Assembly: GCA_964654165.1 (NCBI GenBank)
Contig: CAZZGN010000001.1
Span: 1 to 47,913 of the forward strand
Direction: 5' to 3'
Length of the DNA stretch: 47,913 bases
Source of the DNA: an uncultured Methanosarcinales archaeon
GTDB taxonomy: Archaea; Nanobdellota; Nanobdellia; Woesearchaeales; CAZZGN01
This document shows, in pieces, positions 32,874 through 45,485 of this stretch (position 1 is the first letter of the stretch; each line of letters starts with the position of its first letter). The notes beneath the pieces are model-generated. The model did not search any database, was not told the origin of the DNA, and saw nothing but the letters and a program-made list of their open reading frames with translations. A program made the translations under genes and the position numbers.

Positions 32874-34880
32874 TTACTGGTCAGTTACATTCAATCGGAC
32901 GATTGCATCTTTCTGGAGAACCTTTGACTCGTACTCCATATTCATGATAATCATCTTCTTGTCTTCAATTGGCCAATCAAACGCCTTGATAGAAGGCTTT
33001 TGTCCCCAAGCAATTCCACCGCAGTACTGTGACTTAACAAGCATACACTTGTGTCCATCTTCTGCACCAGCACCAAAGTTTGCATATGCAGGAGCGTTGT
33101 TTGATACAACAACCTTACATCCGAGGTACTTACCAATTTCTCCGTTCAACACAACTTCATTTCCACCGTATTCTGCGGCATTAACAAATTGGCTGTCGGT
33201 TAGTAATACTTCTTCTTGTTCAGGAGCTACGAACAACACATATGGAGAGTCGGTTGTATTCTCCCATGGATTCTTGAAATCTGTATCCTTGGTAAATGTA
33301 CCACCATCCCAGTAATAGTTGTACTTGCTTCTAAGTACACGCTTAGCTTTTGCAATCATATCTGTGGTTAGTGTATCACCAGCTCTAAGAGTTGCAAGTG
33401 ATGTTGCATCACCACCGTATACATCTGCTGTTCCAGGTACGCCAACTGCTGCGGCTGTACCAGCTGCGAGAGCTGTTGCAACTGCTGCGTCAACATCATT
33501 GGACCACTTATATGCCATTTCTTCACGTGCGTATCTCATGAGGTCGATTGCATTCGTGTTTACTGCCTTTTGGGTAATAGCTACTCTGTAGTTATACCTG
33601 GTTGGAGTAAACTGAACACCATCCATATCATCAAGTACTGTGGCTAGGACGTTAGTATCAATTGCATATTCTTCTGCTGAAGTTTCCCAGCTACTTTCAT
33701 ACTTATTCCTTATTGGCATAATGTAATCATTAACGCCTTTTGGAACTGTAGCTTGTCTTACAACATTGGAGAAGAACATTAAATTCTTACCACCATCTAC
33801 AACAGACTTAGCCCACTGAGTCGGGAGTAAGTTATATGCAGTCCTTGATGTGCCTCTAACATCGGTAACAACTGTTGCAGTTGTTGCTAAAGTAAAGGTC
33901 ATCCATGGTAAACCTGAATCTTCATCTGCTTCCAGTGAAAGTTCAAAAGTCTCACTACCTCTTCCTAGGTTTTGAAGATACTTTACCATTCCAGCATCAG
34001 TATTTAAGAAACTTCCTTGTGTATTATCTGTACCCAATTCTGATTCTTTTACAGTTTGCCTGATTGGCTCACCTAATGGAATAACTGTTGCAGGTTCTTT
34101 AACTTTTACTTCAGCCGGAGTTGCTACTTCAGTCTTTTTTTCCATATCGTCTATCTTATCCGTTACTTTTGCAAAACCTGCGGAGATAGTCTCCGAAAGC
34201 TTAGCAATGAGCTCAGCTGATTTATCAACTGTAGGCTCAATCTTAGTCTCGGGTTGCTTATCTTCAAGCTTTTCCTCGACCTTTTCCTGTGGTTTGTCTG
34301 TTTTTTCCATGTCTACCTCTTTTTCAGTAGTTTTTGGTTTCTCTTTATCAACGATAACAGGTTCTACTGTTTCTGTTGATTCCTCTTTGTCTTCTTGATT
34401 TAGAAACGTAGTCTTACATGCTGGGTCTACAACAACACTAAAGTTCTTGTATGACGCACCTTTAACAGTACCATCTACACCTTTACCTGCGAGCTTTGGA
34501 CTTACTCCAAACTTAGCTCCAAGTATGAGTTTCTTTGCATAATCCTTATCAACAAGTACCAAATCACCTATCTGGTCATCACCTGCCATCTTTGGATTAC
34601 GTACATATCCAATCCATGCAGATGTATTCTGGTCTTGATGGTCAGCAAACAATGCAAGATTAGACGTATTAGTCCAATCTGTATTATTGTATGCATTATG
34701 CATCTCTTCGGGTGAGTAATACCATTGGTTCCAAACCCCTGGTGACATAAGAATCTTATCTTTGAAAACGTAGGCTTTCATCTCCTCGCCATCAATTACA
34801 ATTTTCTCTACATCAGGGTCACCTATAGGCTGTTGGACAGAGTTACTAAACTCAGATAATTTAAAATCCATTCTAGTCAC
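32874..34880 (-). CDS. prohead protease-like / scaffold-like / HK97-fold major capsid fusion protein
   Basis: The N-terminus LALFADHQDQNTSAWIGYVRN...DDQIGDLVLVD...GAKFGVSPK fits S78/XkdF-DUF2213-like His...Ser spacing. The middle is acidic and Lys-rich (EKVEEKLEDKQPETK). The C-terminal ~330 aa are MCP-like (...GEIGKYLGCKVVVSN...). Confidence 0.7.
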   Translation of the reverse strand: MTRMDFKLSEFSNSVQQPIGDPDVEKIVIDGEEMKAYVFKDKILMSPGVWNQWYYSPEEMHNAYNNTDWTNTSNLALFADHQDQNTSAWIGYVRNPKMAGDDQIGDLVLVDKDYAKKLILGAKFGVSPKLAGKGVDGTVKGASYKNFSVVVDPACKTTFLNQEDKEESTETVEPVIVDKEKPKTTEKEVDMEKTDKPQEKVEEKLEDKQPETKIEPTVDKSAELIAKLSETISAGFAKVTDKIDDMEKKTEVATPAEVKVKEPATVIPLGEPIRQTVKESELGTDNTQGSFLNTDAGMVKYLQNLGRGSETFELSLEADEDSGLPWMTFTLATTATVVTDVRGTSRTAYNLLPTQWAKSVVDGGKNLMFFSNVVRQATVPKGVNDYIMPIRNKYESSWETSAEEYAIDTNVLATVLDDMDGVQFTPTRYNYRVAITQKAVNTNAIDLMRYAREEMAYKWSNDVDAAVATALAAGTAAAVGVPGTADVYGGDATSLATLRAGDTLTTDMIAKAKRVLRSKYNYYWDGGTFTKDTDFKNPWENTTDSPYVLFVAPEQEEVLLTDSQFVNAAEYGGNEVVLNGEIGKYLGCKVVVSNNAPAYANFGAGAEDGHKCMLVKSQYCGGIAWGQKPSIKAFDWPIEDKKMIIMNMEYESKVLQKDAIVRLNVTDQ

Positions 34881-34934
34881 CGCTACTTTATGTACCTCTT
34901 CATATAAATAGTGTAACCTAATGCATGTTATTCA

Positions 34935-36344
34935 TCACACATATCCTAATACCTTTTGATATTGGTATACAGTCCTGCCAGAACATCCAACAGTCTCTGC
35001 AATCAGGCTTCGTTCTTTTTTGGCTTTAGTAAGTTCTATTATGCTATCTATTTGTTCATTAGATAAGTCGTGTCCACTCTTTCTGTTTACTTCGGTTACA
35101 TTAGCTTTCCATGTATTGCCTTCAAGTTTAAGCTGGAATACATCTTTCATCTTAGCACCCATAAATCTTAGAACCTTATGAGTAGGTGTATTCTCATAAA
35201 CTATACAATTACCCCAATCAATAGCATTTGCAAAGCGAGGACCTTCATCAGATAAAGTCAATATTCCTACTTTACAAGCATCTATAGAAACATCTACTTT
35301 ACTCTTTTTCATTAGAAACTCAACACGAGGTACTGTAAACTCTGTAAAATTAGTACCTGTCTTTAGTTTCATGTTAAGTGAACCATTAACATATAAGTGA
35401 TATTGTTCTTCTTCACGAGGAATCCATTCTTTGAGTACAGTATAAGTTGCATTGGGTATATCTGTTAAAGGCATATACAAACGTCCTTCACTCATATCAT
35501 TGATAAGAGTACGTTTGGTTCCATTACAAATTGAGGGGTCTTCATGTTTCCAATACATACGATTATTAGGTATATATTTACGTATTTTACGGGGTAAACA
35601 GGATAAATTATAGGATACGGTGAAATCATTTTTGAGTGACTCATATGAAAGTACATAAGGTATAGGATTTGTAAATGAACTTGAATATGAACAAGTCCAA
35701 TCATAACTTAACTTATTATTTGATAAGGATTCTACTCGATTTATTGAAAGTACACCATCAATACTTGAACCATGTAAGAATATCTCAACTACAGAATCAG
35801 ATAGTCCTGTGTCTTTAATTGCACCGTATTCTACAAGACCACAATCAATTTGCTTTTGTATAAATTCTCCTGCAGGACGTTCAAACTTAACATCTATATT
35901 ATTTGTAACTCCATTCCTTTGTAATGAATTAGCCCACCTAATATTATTATCTAAGTCCTCTGCAATTTCAATAGCATCAACAGATATGTCTACTTGTGAA
36001 GATTTAGGCATTATATATATTGTCTTTGATGAATTGTTTGTTTCACAAGTCAATTCAAAGAAATGGTCTTGTCCTTGATAACAACTATTAAGACCAAAAC
36101 GATACATCTTATCTTCACTACGTTCAAATTCAATACCTTGTACATCGGTTTCTTTCTTAAGTTTTGAAATTATCTCATCAGCTTCAGTTCTATATTCAGC
36201 TAATTCAGCTTCAATGCCTTCTTTCATCTTAGCTGTATCCTTCAAATTCTCTTGTAAAGCTAACTCAGTAACAGCTATCTTTTCACGTAACTCATTGTGA
36301 CGTTCCTTAGCTTTTGTAAGAGTTTTAGGGTTGTTTGATGTCAT
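34935..36344 (-). CDS. hypothetical 469-aa protein, N-terminal coiled coil and C-terminal HTH
   Basis: The N-terminal 70 aa are helical and charged. The C-terminus ERSLIAETVGCSGRTVYQYQKVLGYV is a resolvase/sigma-r4-type HTH. Confidence 0.5.
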   Translation of the reverse strand: MTSNNPKTLTKAKERHNELREKIAVTELALQENLKDTAKMKEGIEAELAEYRTEADEIISKLKKETDVQGIEFERSEDKMYRFGLNSCYQGQDHFFELTCETNNSSKTIYIMPKSSQVDISVDAIEIAEDLDNNIRWANSLQRNGVTNNIDVKFERPAGEFIQKQIDCGLVEYGAIKDTGLSDSVVEIFLHGSSIDGVLSINRVESLSNNKLSYDWTCSYSSSFTNPIPYVLSYESLKNDFTVSYNLSCLPRKIRKYIPNNRMYWKHEDPSICNGTKRTLINDMSEGRLYMPLTDIPNATYTVLKEWIPREEEQYHLYVNGSLNMKLKTGTNFTEFTVPRVEFLMKKSKVDVSIDACKVGILTLSDEGPRFANAIDWGNCIVYENTPTHKVLRFMGAKMKDVFQLKLEGNTWKANVTEVNRKSGHDLSNEQIDSIIELTKAKKERSLIAETVGCSGRTVYQYQKVLGYV

Positions 36345-38298
36345 TTTTTAAAGTTGTATTCCATAGATGATTACTGTATACTATCCCTTCGACTTTATTT
36401 TTATGTCCTCTAAAGAAGACAGGTAAGAATGTGTATGCGGGTAATATTTTCTTAGTATCTTTGATTACTACAGGCATAAGTCCTGGTCCTGAACATTTAT
36501 GAGATGGGTATAGTTCAGTTAAAGCACCATGCATATTAATAAGATTATCTATTATATGATGATTAGATACAGCTCCTATTGGAGAATTAGCTATCCTTTT
36601 AGTACCATCAACAACATTAACAGCAAAGAAATCCTGCTTCATAAATGGAGCGCCCTTTAAAGTATGTAAACATTCAGAATCAGCATCAATATATATTCCC
36701 CCATATTTCTTTAATATTTCTACTCTTGCTATATTAGCTGCACCATTGTAACATTTCTTTTTATAATAATCATCATAAACTTTTCTATTGACTAAACCAA
36801 GCTCATCAATTGCTTTCTCATCCCAAAACATGAATCCAAATTCTGGATTCATTTTCTTCCAAGTGTTCAATAATTTTGTAGGCTTCTTTTCTGGACCAAT
36901 CCATATCTGATGTATTATTGGTGGTATGCTGTTCAATCGCCCATACCAAAGCTTTGCCTTTCCACTATCTATCCAATCATAGGTATAACCATCAAAGCCT
37001 GCTGCATAACGGGGTCTTTCTGCATCATGTAAAAAGACAATTCCATTAGGCTTTAGAAGTTCCTTTGCTTTCTTAAGACAATTAACTCTGTTTCTACCAT
37101 CCACATATATAACATCATACTTCTTTTTAGGTGGGATGAGATAATCAGCAGAGTTTTGAGTAGCATATTTAAGAGTTACATCCTTTACATTCCAAGTCAA
37201 TATTTCATCATACCAACCTTTATTATGCTCAATAGAATCCCATGTGTAATCTATTCCTTCTTGTTCCAGCATCTTTGGAAAGTATTTAGTACTATATCCT
37301 GCACCCCATTCTAAGACATCTACTTTTTTGTATTCCTTTAATATATTCTCAAAGAAAATCTTAGGCTCATCTAATAAATCCATAGGATGTTCAGCTTTTG
37401 AGACAGTCGCTAAATCAACTGGTTTTTTCTTAGGTGCTCTAACAAATAATACATGTCTATTATCACATAACTCAGAAGCTTTAACCCAAAACGCACTATT
37501 ATTAGAACCTGTTATCTCAGACATAAATACCATCGCTTCTTTGAAATTTGCATTAATTCTAAGAGCTTCTAATGTACTTTCCTGAGCTTCTCTTAGATTT
37601 CCTAATTTATGATTAGCTCTAGCCTTTTGTAGATTAGCTTCAGCCATCTCACCAGCGAAATGGGCTTGTTGTAAGTATATATCATACCAAGTAATTGCCA
37701 TCTTCCATTGCTTACGATACATATACTCACGAGCTAAGTAAAATATTTCTCTTGGACCTACACCTTTAGCTACTTCTTTTTGTAATATTCTAAGAGCTCT
37801 ATCAGGGTCCTTACTATGAGCAGGAGAATAACCAAATACTATTTTTGCTCCTGAAGCAGTATCAGCAAGTACATTAAGATGATTATGTATTGCACCTTTC
37901 CAAAGTATTTTAGGACTATTTTTATAAACACGGGGAAACTCAAATGATTGTGCCGTAGATGTCATCACAACACTTACTGCATTCTTTGCAGTCTTAATTG
38001 CTTTTCTTATTGCTTCAAGACCACCAGGTTGTAGTTCTTCATCAGCATCAATAGTTAAAATCCAATCAGTATCCGCCTTAGACTTCGCAAAGTTACGGGC
38101 TTCAGCAAAGTTATCATTCCACACATATTCGTCTTCAATTACATTGGATGTGTACGTCTTGGCTATCTCAATTGTTTTGTCTGTTGAACCAGTATCAACA
38201 ATAAATATTTTATCAATACCTTCAAGTGAAGACAAGCATTTATCCAACATTGCTTCTTCATTTTTAACTATTAATACGGCTCCAAGAGATGTCATCAT
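36325..38298 (-). CDS. four-module enzyme: GT2 - TPR - class I SAM-MTase - GT32-like glycosyltransferase
   Basis: GT2: LIVKNEEAMLDKCLSSL...IVDTGSTDKT...ILTIDADEEL. TPR-like: YLQQAHFAGEMAEANLQKARANHKLGNLREAQES. MTase: VDVLEWGAGYSTKYF...YDVIYVDGRNR...LKPNGIVFLHD. GT32-like: IIHQIWIGPEKKP...GGIYIDADSE. Confidence 0.75.
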   Translation of the reverse strand: MMTSLGAVLIVKNEEAMLDKCLSSLEGIDKIFIVDTGSTDKTIEIAKTYTSNVIEDEYVWNDNFAEARNFAKSKADTDWILTIDADEELQPGGLEAIRKAIKTAKNAVSVVMTSTAQSFEFPRVYKNSPKILWKGAIHNHLNVLADTASGAKIVFGYSPAHSKDPDRALRILQKEVAKGVGPREIFYLAREYMYRKQWKMAITWYDIYLQQAHFAGEMAEANLQKARANHKLGNLREAQESTLEALRINANFKEAMVFMSEITGSNNSAFWVKASELCDNRHVLFVRAPKKKPVDLATVSKAEHPMDLLDEPKIFFENILKEYKKVDVLEWGAGYSTKYFPKMLEQEGIDYTWDSIEHNKGWYDEILTWNVKDVTLKYATQNSADYLIPPKKKYDVIYVDGRNRVNCLKKAKELLKPNGIVFLHDAERPRYAAGFDGYTYDWIDSGKAKLWYGRLNSIPPIIHQIWIGPEKKPTKLLNTWKKMNPEFGFMFWDEKAIDELGLVNRKVYDDYYKKKCYNGAANIARVEILKKYGGIYIDADSECLHTLKGAPFMKQDFFAVNVVDGTKRIANSPIGAVSNHHIIDNLINMHGALTELYPSHKCSGPGLMPVVIKDTKKILPAYTFLPVFFRGHKNKVEGIVYSNHLWNTTLKNDIKQP

Positions 38299-38315
38299 AC
38301 ATCAAGTAAATATAC

Positions 38316-38501
38316 TTAAACTTTAGTTTTAGCTGCAAAACCAGCAGCTGCTATCTTTGCTTTTGCTTTTAACTTGGTATGTTCCTCAGCATATTCCTCT
38401 ACCGTGAGTAAGCCAATGTCTTTTAATCGCTTAATTGAATTTGCGGCTTTCTCAATTTCCCATAATTCCTGTAATTCAGAAGATGTTTGTATTTCAGCCA
38501 T
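38316..38501 (-). CDS. SHOCT-like small protein
   Basis: IKRLKDIGLLTVEEYAEEHTKLKAK resembles the SHOCT motif (L-x-x-L-x-x-G-hP-hP-T-x-E-E-F/Y). Confidence 0.4.
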   Translation of the reverse strand: MAEIQTSSELQELWEIEKAANSIKRLKDIGLLTVEEYAEEHTKLKAKAKIAAAGFAAKTKV

Positions 38502-38538
38502 TTTTTAATATTTGTATATAATTATATTGTTATTGTAT

Positions 38539-39213
38539 TTAATTACGAGAGAGGCACAATACATCTTCACCTCTACTGTCAAGTATCCAAATATTTTTTC
38601 CGTCAAAATTTCCAGTTTTTCTATCGTAATTTCCATCAAAACAATGTCCTCGAGGTAAGTCAGTAATTCCACTTAAACTTAGAGTTTGAATTTTGTTCCC
38701 GTCATAATCTATCTGAATGACTCTATCCACATCTTGTGTTGCCACCCATAAATTATGCCCATCAAAAGCAACCCCTCTAACCTTATTAGCTATTGTAGAA
38801 GTGTCTAATGTCTTGATTACTTGTCCTTCTTTATTCATAAAGGATAAATCAAGGGCAGTAGAACCAAATACAGCAATAATCTTTCCGTCTGTTGCCATAT
38901 ATTGAGGGTCTACTATAATTGTACCAGATATATCAATGGTTTCAATTGCTACAAATTCTGAATTATAATGATTCAAAGTTCCATCAGCCTTAGAAACTGC
39001 CCAAAAATCTTTCCCATCAAAACAAAGTCCATCAACATCAGTCTGTGAACCTGTTACATCATAAGTATCAATTAATTCCCCCTTACGACTTACCTTAAAA
39101 ATAGTATCTGCTTGAGCCCCATAAAAATATAAATAATCACCATCAAATGCCATTGATATAGCACCTGTTTCTATACCGCTTATATCAAAATGAGTAATTT
39201 CTTTAAGTGCCAT
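38539..39213 (-). CDS. six-bladed beta-propeller repeat protein (NHL/YVTN-like)
   Basis: Six spaced FDG/TDG repeats: AFDGDYLYF, CFDGKDFWAV, ATDGKIIAV, AFDGHNLWVA, CFDGNYD, NFDGKNIWIL. Confidence 0.55.
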   Translation of the reverse strand: MALKEITHFDISGIETGAISMAFDGDYLYFYGAQADTIFKVSRKGELIDTYDVTGSQTDVDGLCFDGKDFWAVSKADGTLNHYNSEFVAIETIDISGTIIVDPQYMATDGKIIAVFGSTALDLSFMNKEGQVIKTLDTSTIANKVRGVAFDGHNLWVATQDVDRVIQIDYDGNKIQTLSLSGITDLPRGHCFDGNYDRKTGNFDGKNIWILDSRGEDVLCLSRN

Positions 39214-39593
39214 TAGTACCCCCTCGTTATGCCTATAAAACGAACACTTATAGCAAAATAATTAGAAGCGTCTGCACCTGTTGCCGTAACTTTAATAGCT
39301 GTGTAATCCCCACAATCAGGAACTTTAATAGTTTCTGCTTTAGTGCCTGATGCATTAGAGTAACGCAAATCACCTAATGGACCATCCATGACTTTGTGTG
39401 TTGGTGATGCACTCATTCCCGTTAATACTTCAACTATTACGTCCGTGGGGGCTAATGTGTTTGCCACATCAATTTCAATGTAACCATAATCAAAGTCTGA
39501 AGTATCAATATCGGCTGACGTGTATGTCATCGGGCTGCCGTCTAGTTGAACCGCATCAACTGCAAGAGTTCCTGATTTAGTTGTTGCTGTCAT
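39213..39593 (-). CDS. stand-alone paralogue of the collagen-like protein C-terminal globular domain
   Basis: The 126 aa align end to end with aa ~680-805 of the upstream protein (IDTSDFDYGYIEIDV / [15 protein letters not shown]; [23 protein letters not shown] in both; ...RFIGITRGY / ...RFIGVTSGY). Confidence 0.65.
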   Translation of the reverse strand: MTATTKSGTLAVDAVQLDGSPMTYTSADIDTSDFDYGYIEIDVANTLAPTDVIVEVLTGMSASPTHKVMDGPLGDLRYSNASGTKAETIKVPDCGDYTAIKVTATGADASNYFAISVRFIGITRGY

Positions 39594-39595
39594 TA

Positions 39596-42009
<2,414 letters not shown>

Positions 42010-42013
<4 letters not shown>

Positions 42014-42381
42014 TCTGTTATGTCCGTAGTTACTTCACCAGTTATCACAAAATCATCAACGGTAAATGTTGTAACAAGTTCTCCAGCAGTTACTAATTGT
42101 ACATCATAATAATAATATGCAGGTACAATAGCTGTATCAGCATGTGTTAAAATAAATGTAGTAATACCTGCTGTTGGGTCAGTATGGTCACCAGGTCCAT
42201 TAATCTTTTGTATCAATGCACCAGAATCTAAAGAACCAGCAGCTGTACTACTTGCTGTAGTTTTTACAGTAAAAAAGATAGTTGATGTGGTTATATTAAC
42301 AGCATCACCATCCTCGTCAGTAATAGTAAACCTTAATGATGCATCATCACCTCTATATATGATTAGTTTATTTCTTCCCAT
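42010..42381 (-). CDS. Ig-like / BppU-N-like small structural protein
   Basis: [35 protein letters not shown]...YYYDVQL...FVITGEV. This pattern is common in phage fibre-associated Ig-like domains. ATGA overlap with the collagen-like gene. Confidence 0.4.
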
Positions 42382-43744
42382 CTTTAGTCATATCTTTAGT
42401 ATTCTCATCTTCTGGATTATTATCCAATGCTTTTGTATTAGCAGTAGCAATCTTTTGTGCTTCTTTCTTCACTTTAGCTTCTAAACCAGGTGGTTCAGCA
42501 GGAAGATTCTCCATCTTACGTATAATCTGTCTTATATTAATATCAGATAACAACAATCCTGAATTAGTATAATCAACAAGTCTTGATGTCTTTGAATCAA
42601 GATATTCAATGCTTGGTGGGTCAAATTCAAGTAATGGATTACTAGCTAAATTATAATCAGAAACTAAACGTGGGAATATCTGACTCTCTACAGAATAAGA
42701 AATATTCTTTTGCATCTCCATAATATTCCTTTCATATCCAAGGTTAAGTCCTTTAAATGTACTTCTCGGTGTTTGGTCACCAGAACCTACAATATATGGT
42801 TTTGGAACACCTGTAGCAGCTGATACCTTATCTACATAATAAGATAAGTGAGGTTCCAAGGAAGGAATATTAGCAGAAACATAAGCAACCTTATCGGGAT
42901 AAGGAATTGATAAAACAGATTGAGATGTTGCACTCCTAAGCAATTCAGTCATCTTTTGTATGTTAGTCTTATTAGCCTTGTGCATATCATCGCCAACAGT
43001 ACCAACTAATAATGGACTTGTAGCTTTTTTCATAGCAATACCCCAGTCCTTTTCAATTTGAATCTTAGCCATCAATGCATTCCACATAGGCTCAATCAAA
43101 CCAATACCATTTAATGAATCACCTACAGTCCAAATAGTAAAGTGAGCAATCTCATCAGTTTCAAATCTGATACCAGTACCTGAACTCATTTCAAACTGTG
43201 GAGAACTATGTTCAACTAATCTATCCTCCTTTGAATTAGGAACTGTCGCCCCCATAGGCAATACTTGAACATAATACTCAGGATTATTATAACTATCATA
43301 TTTTATTCTACCTGAAGAATCCCGTGAGAAATCCATAACCTTTGGGTCAACATGGTCAAACGCAACTAACTTTCCATTGTTATTAGCTACAAGCTCAACC
43401 CAAGCATTACCATAAATACAACAATGAAGAACAATCTTACGAAGGATAATATCAAAACGAGTATTTTTAAGGAACTCATCCATCCACCTTTTAGTCTTTT
43501 CATCCTCTGTTTCGATATAATAATTAGAAGACATAAAAGTTTTTACTATATGATTAATAGCTGCAAACGTATCAGCATCCCTTCGATATAACTTTTCAAG
43601 AGTTAAAAAATCAACAGGGTCACTTATTGCATCAATACTCCTCTCACTAATGGGTTTAGAGTCTTCAGGAAGAGTTGCACCTTCAACATTAATAAATTCC
43701 TGTTGCTTATTAGAAAATCCAGGAATATTCTCATACCATGCCAT
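42368..43744 (-). CDS. portal protein
   Basis: About 458 aa and the next large gene after terL. The ATG at 43744 (MAWYENIPG) lies 11 nt after AAGGTGG. The track's GTG at 43759 lies inside that SD. The C-terminal tail is acidic/basic. Confidence 0.7.
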   Translation of the reverse strand: MAWYENIPGFSNKQQEFINVEGATLPEDSKPISERSIDAISDPVDFLTLEKLYRRDADTFAAINHIVKTFMSSNYYIETEDEKTKRWMDEFLKNTRFDIILRKIVLHCCIYGNAWVELVANNNGKLVAFDHVDPKVMDFSRDSSGRIKYDSYNNPEYYVQVLPMGATVPNSKEDRLVEHSSPQFEMSSGTGIRFETDEIAHFTIWTVGDSLNGIGLIEPMWNALMAKIQIEKDWGIAMKKATSPLLVGTVGDDMHKANKTNIQKMTELLRSATSQSVLSIPYPDKVAYVSANIPSLEPHLSYYVDKVSAATGVPKPYIVGSGDQTPRSTFKGLNLGYERNIMEMQKNISYSVESQIFPRLVSDYNLASNPLLEFDPPSIEYLDSKTSRLVDYTNSGLLLSDINIRQIIRKMENLPAEPPGLEAKVKKEAQKIATANTKALDNNPEDENTKDMTKDGKK

Positions 43745-43967
43745 TAATAGTTTATCCACCTTACATTTAAAAACAGAAAAGCCGACTCGCTTTTATATAG
43801 TAACACTTTTAAATACCTCACTCCGTTCGGTAAAAGGATAATAAGACGGTGTTAATGTGTGTTTGTAAAAACGAAATGTGTTTGGGTACGTACGTTTTGG
43901 TGTGGATATTATAATATTATAATAAAAAATAAATAATATAATATTGGAATAAGGTATAGGGGTATAA

Positions 43968-45485
43968 TTACCACCCTTTAGGTGGTCTTGTCAGTTCCAA
44001 TGGATTTGCATCTTCTCTGGTATATTCAATAGAAGTTTGGTCTTCATTACGGAAATCAACCGCACCCTCCATGTATTCACAAGCAGGACCGTATTCTGTA
44101 GCACCTATAGCTGAGAGTGCAAAACTCATAACACTATCATCGTGCTTACCAATTGATTTGTAAGTACGCATTCCTGTGGGTGTAGTATCAAATATTATCT
44201 TTTGTAACTCGTCAGTTAGGTTCGCTGTCTCTGCAATGCAGTCTGAATTCTCCTTGTTTCGTGGTATAACGACTTTATTACCCTCTAATAGCCTCATAAG
44301 ATTATCTAATATCTTGTTTCGATTGTCGGGAGTGAACTTAAACGGCTCTGCAGGGATGCCCATTTCTCGTAAATCAGAGACAAAGATTTCTCCAAAGACT
44401 GATTTATCAACAATTACTCTTGTTGGTTTGAAATCAGCATACAATTGTCGAATCATATTTTCTTGGTCTTTGTAATGGATACCACGTACTCTTTGTATCT
44501 TTCTGATATACAATTTCTCTCCAATTAATTCTGTTACAGTATATACACTGTAGTCTCCATGTGGAGACATAGCTAAGTCAATTCCAATGAAGTATGTACC
44601 CCATGTTGTTTCACCATCTGTAGTCTTATATTCTTGTCCTACATTTCTAAAGGTTTCATCTCGATTATAAGAACGTACAATATCAGCTAACTTAAATGGC
44701 ATGATACCTTCATCGACACGTTCACATAAGTATTCTCGTCTGAATGTAATTATACCTATCTCTGCTTTTATCATATCCAGCTTATTCTTATCAAATCTAG
44801 ATGGCCACATACTGGTTTGTTCTTCCTCATTCCACATAGCATAAGTTAAAGCATGATAGCCACGTTGAGGTTCACTAAGAGTGCTAAGTAAGTCTGTTTC
44901 TGTTTTGGGTGTACCGATTACCATGATGTGACCGTTCTTGTGGTTAACGGTTGGTACTATACCGTCAAAGAAAAGGTTAGTATCACGGTTGTCGATTTCT
45001 CCACCTTCGTCTAACAACGCATAGTTAACGTGTTGACCACGAATACCTTTCCCAGTATAAGCTCGGACAACGATTTGGCATCCCGTCTTTGTTTTTAGTT
45101 CAGATGTAGACCAAGATGTACTTTTTCCTGCAGGGGTAAGTAAGGCATCGAGTAACTCATTTTCTTCAATAGCGTTACGTATTTCCTTTACTATGTCTTT
45201 TGCTTTGTCTTTACTTGCAGCTACTATCAAGAATCGTTGGTCTGACTTAAAGATACTTATCCATATAGGAAAAGCTACTCCCAGCTGGAATGTTTTACCA
45301 CTACCACGGGGAGCTGTTATGCATGTTCTGCGTTTGCTTAAGAAACATTCTATCCAATATTGATGGTAAGGCATAATTTCTAAGCCCATCACAGATTCTG
45401 CGAAGAACTTAAAGTCCATCCTACATTTAATTAAGAATGAACCAAAGTCATCCTCAGCACCCATTATTTCTTTTAATGTTCTCAT
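43968..45485 (-). CDS. terL: terminase large subunit
   Basis: Walker A TAPRGSGKTF and Walker B NYALLDEGGE. The C-terminal nuclease-like part has IGIDLAMS...HDDSVMSF. 505 aa. Confidence 0.9.
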   Translation of the reverse strand: MRTLKEIMGAEDDFGSFLIKCRMDFKFFAESVMGLEIMPYHQYWIECFLSKRRTCITAPRGSGKTFQLGVAFPIWISIFKSDQRFLIVAASKDKAKDIVKEIRNAIEENELLDALLTPAGKSTSWSTSELKTKTGCQIVVRAYTGKGIRGQHVNYALLDEGGEIDNRDTNLFFDGIVPTVNHKNGHIMVIGTPKTETDLLSTLSEPQRGYHALTYAMWNEEEQTSMWPSRFDKNKLDMIKAEIGIITFRREYLCERVDEGIMPFKLADIVRSYNRDETFRNVGQEYKTTDGETTWGTYFIGIDLAMSPHGDYSVYTVTELIGEKLYIRKIQRVRGIHYKDQENMIRQLYADFKPTRVIVDKSVFGEIFVSDLREMGIPAEPFKFTPDNRNKILDNLMRLLEGNKVVIPRNKENSDCIAETANLTDELQKIIFDTTPTGMRTYKSIGKHDDSVMSFALSAIGATEYGPACEYMEGAVDFRNEDQTSIEYTREDANPLELTRPPKGW

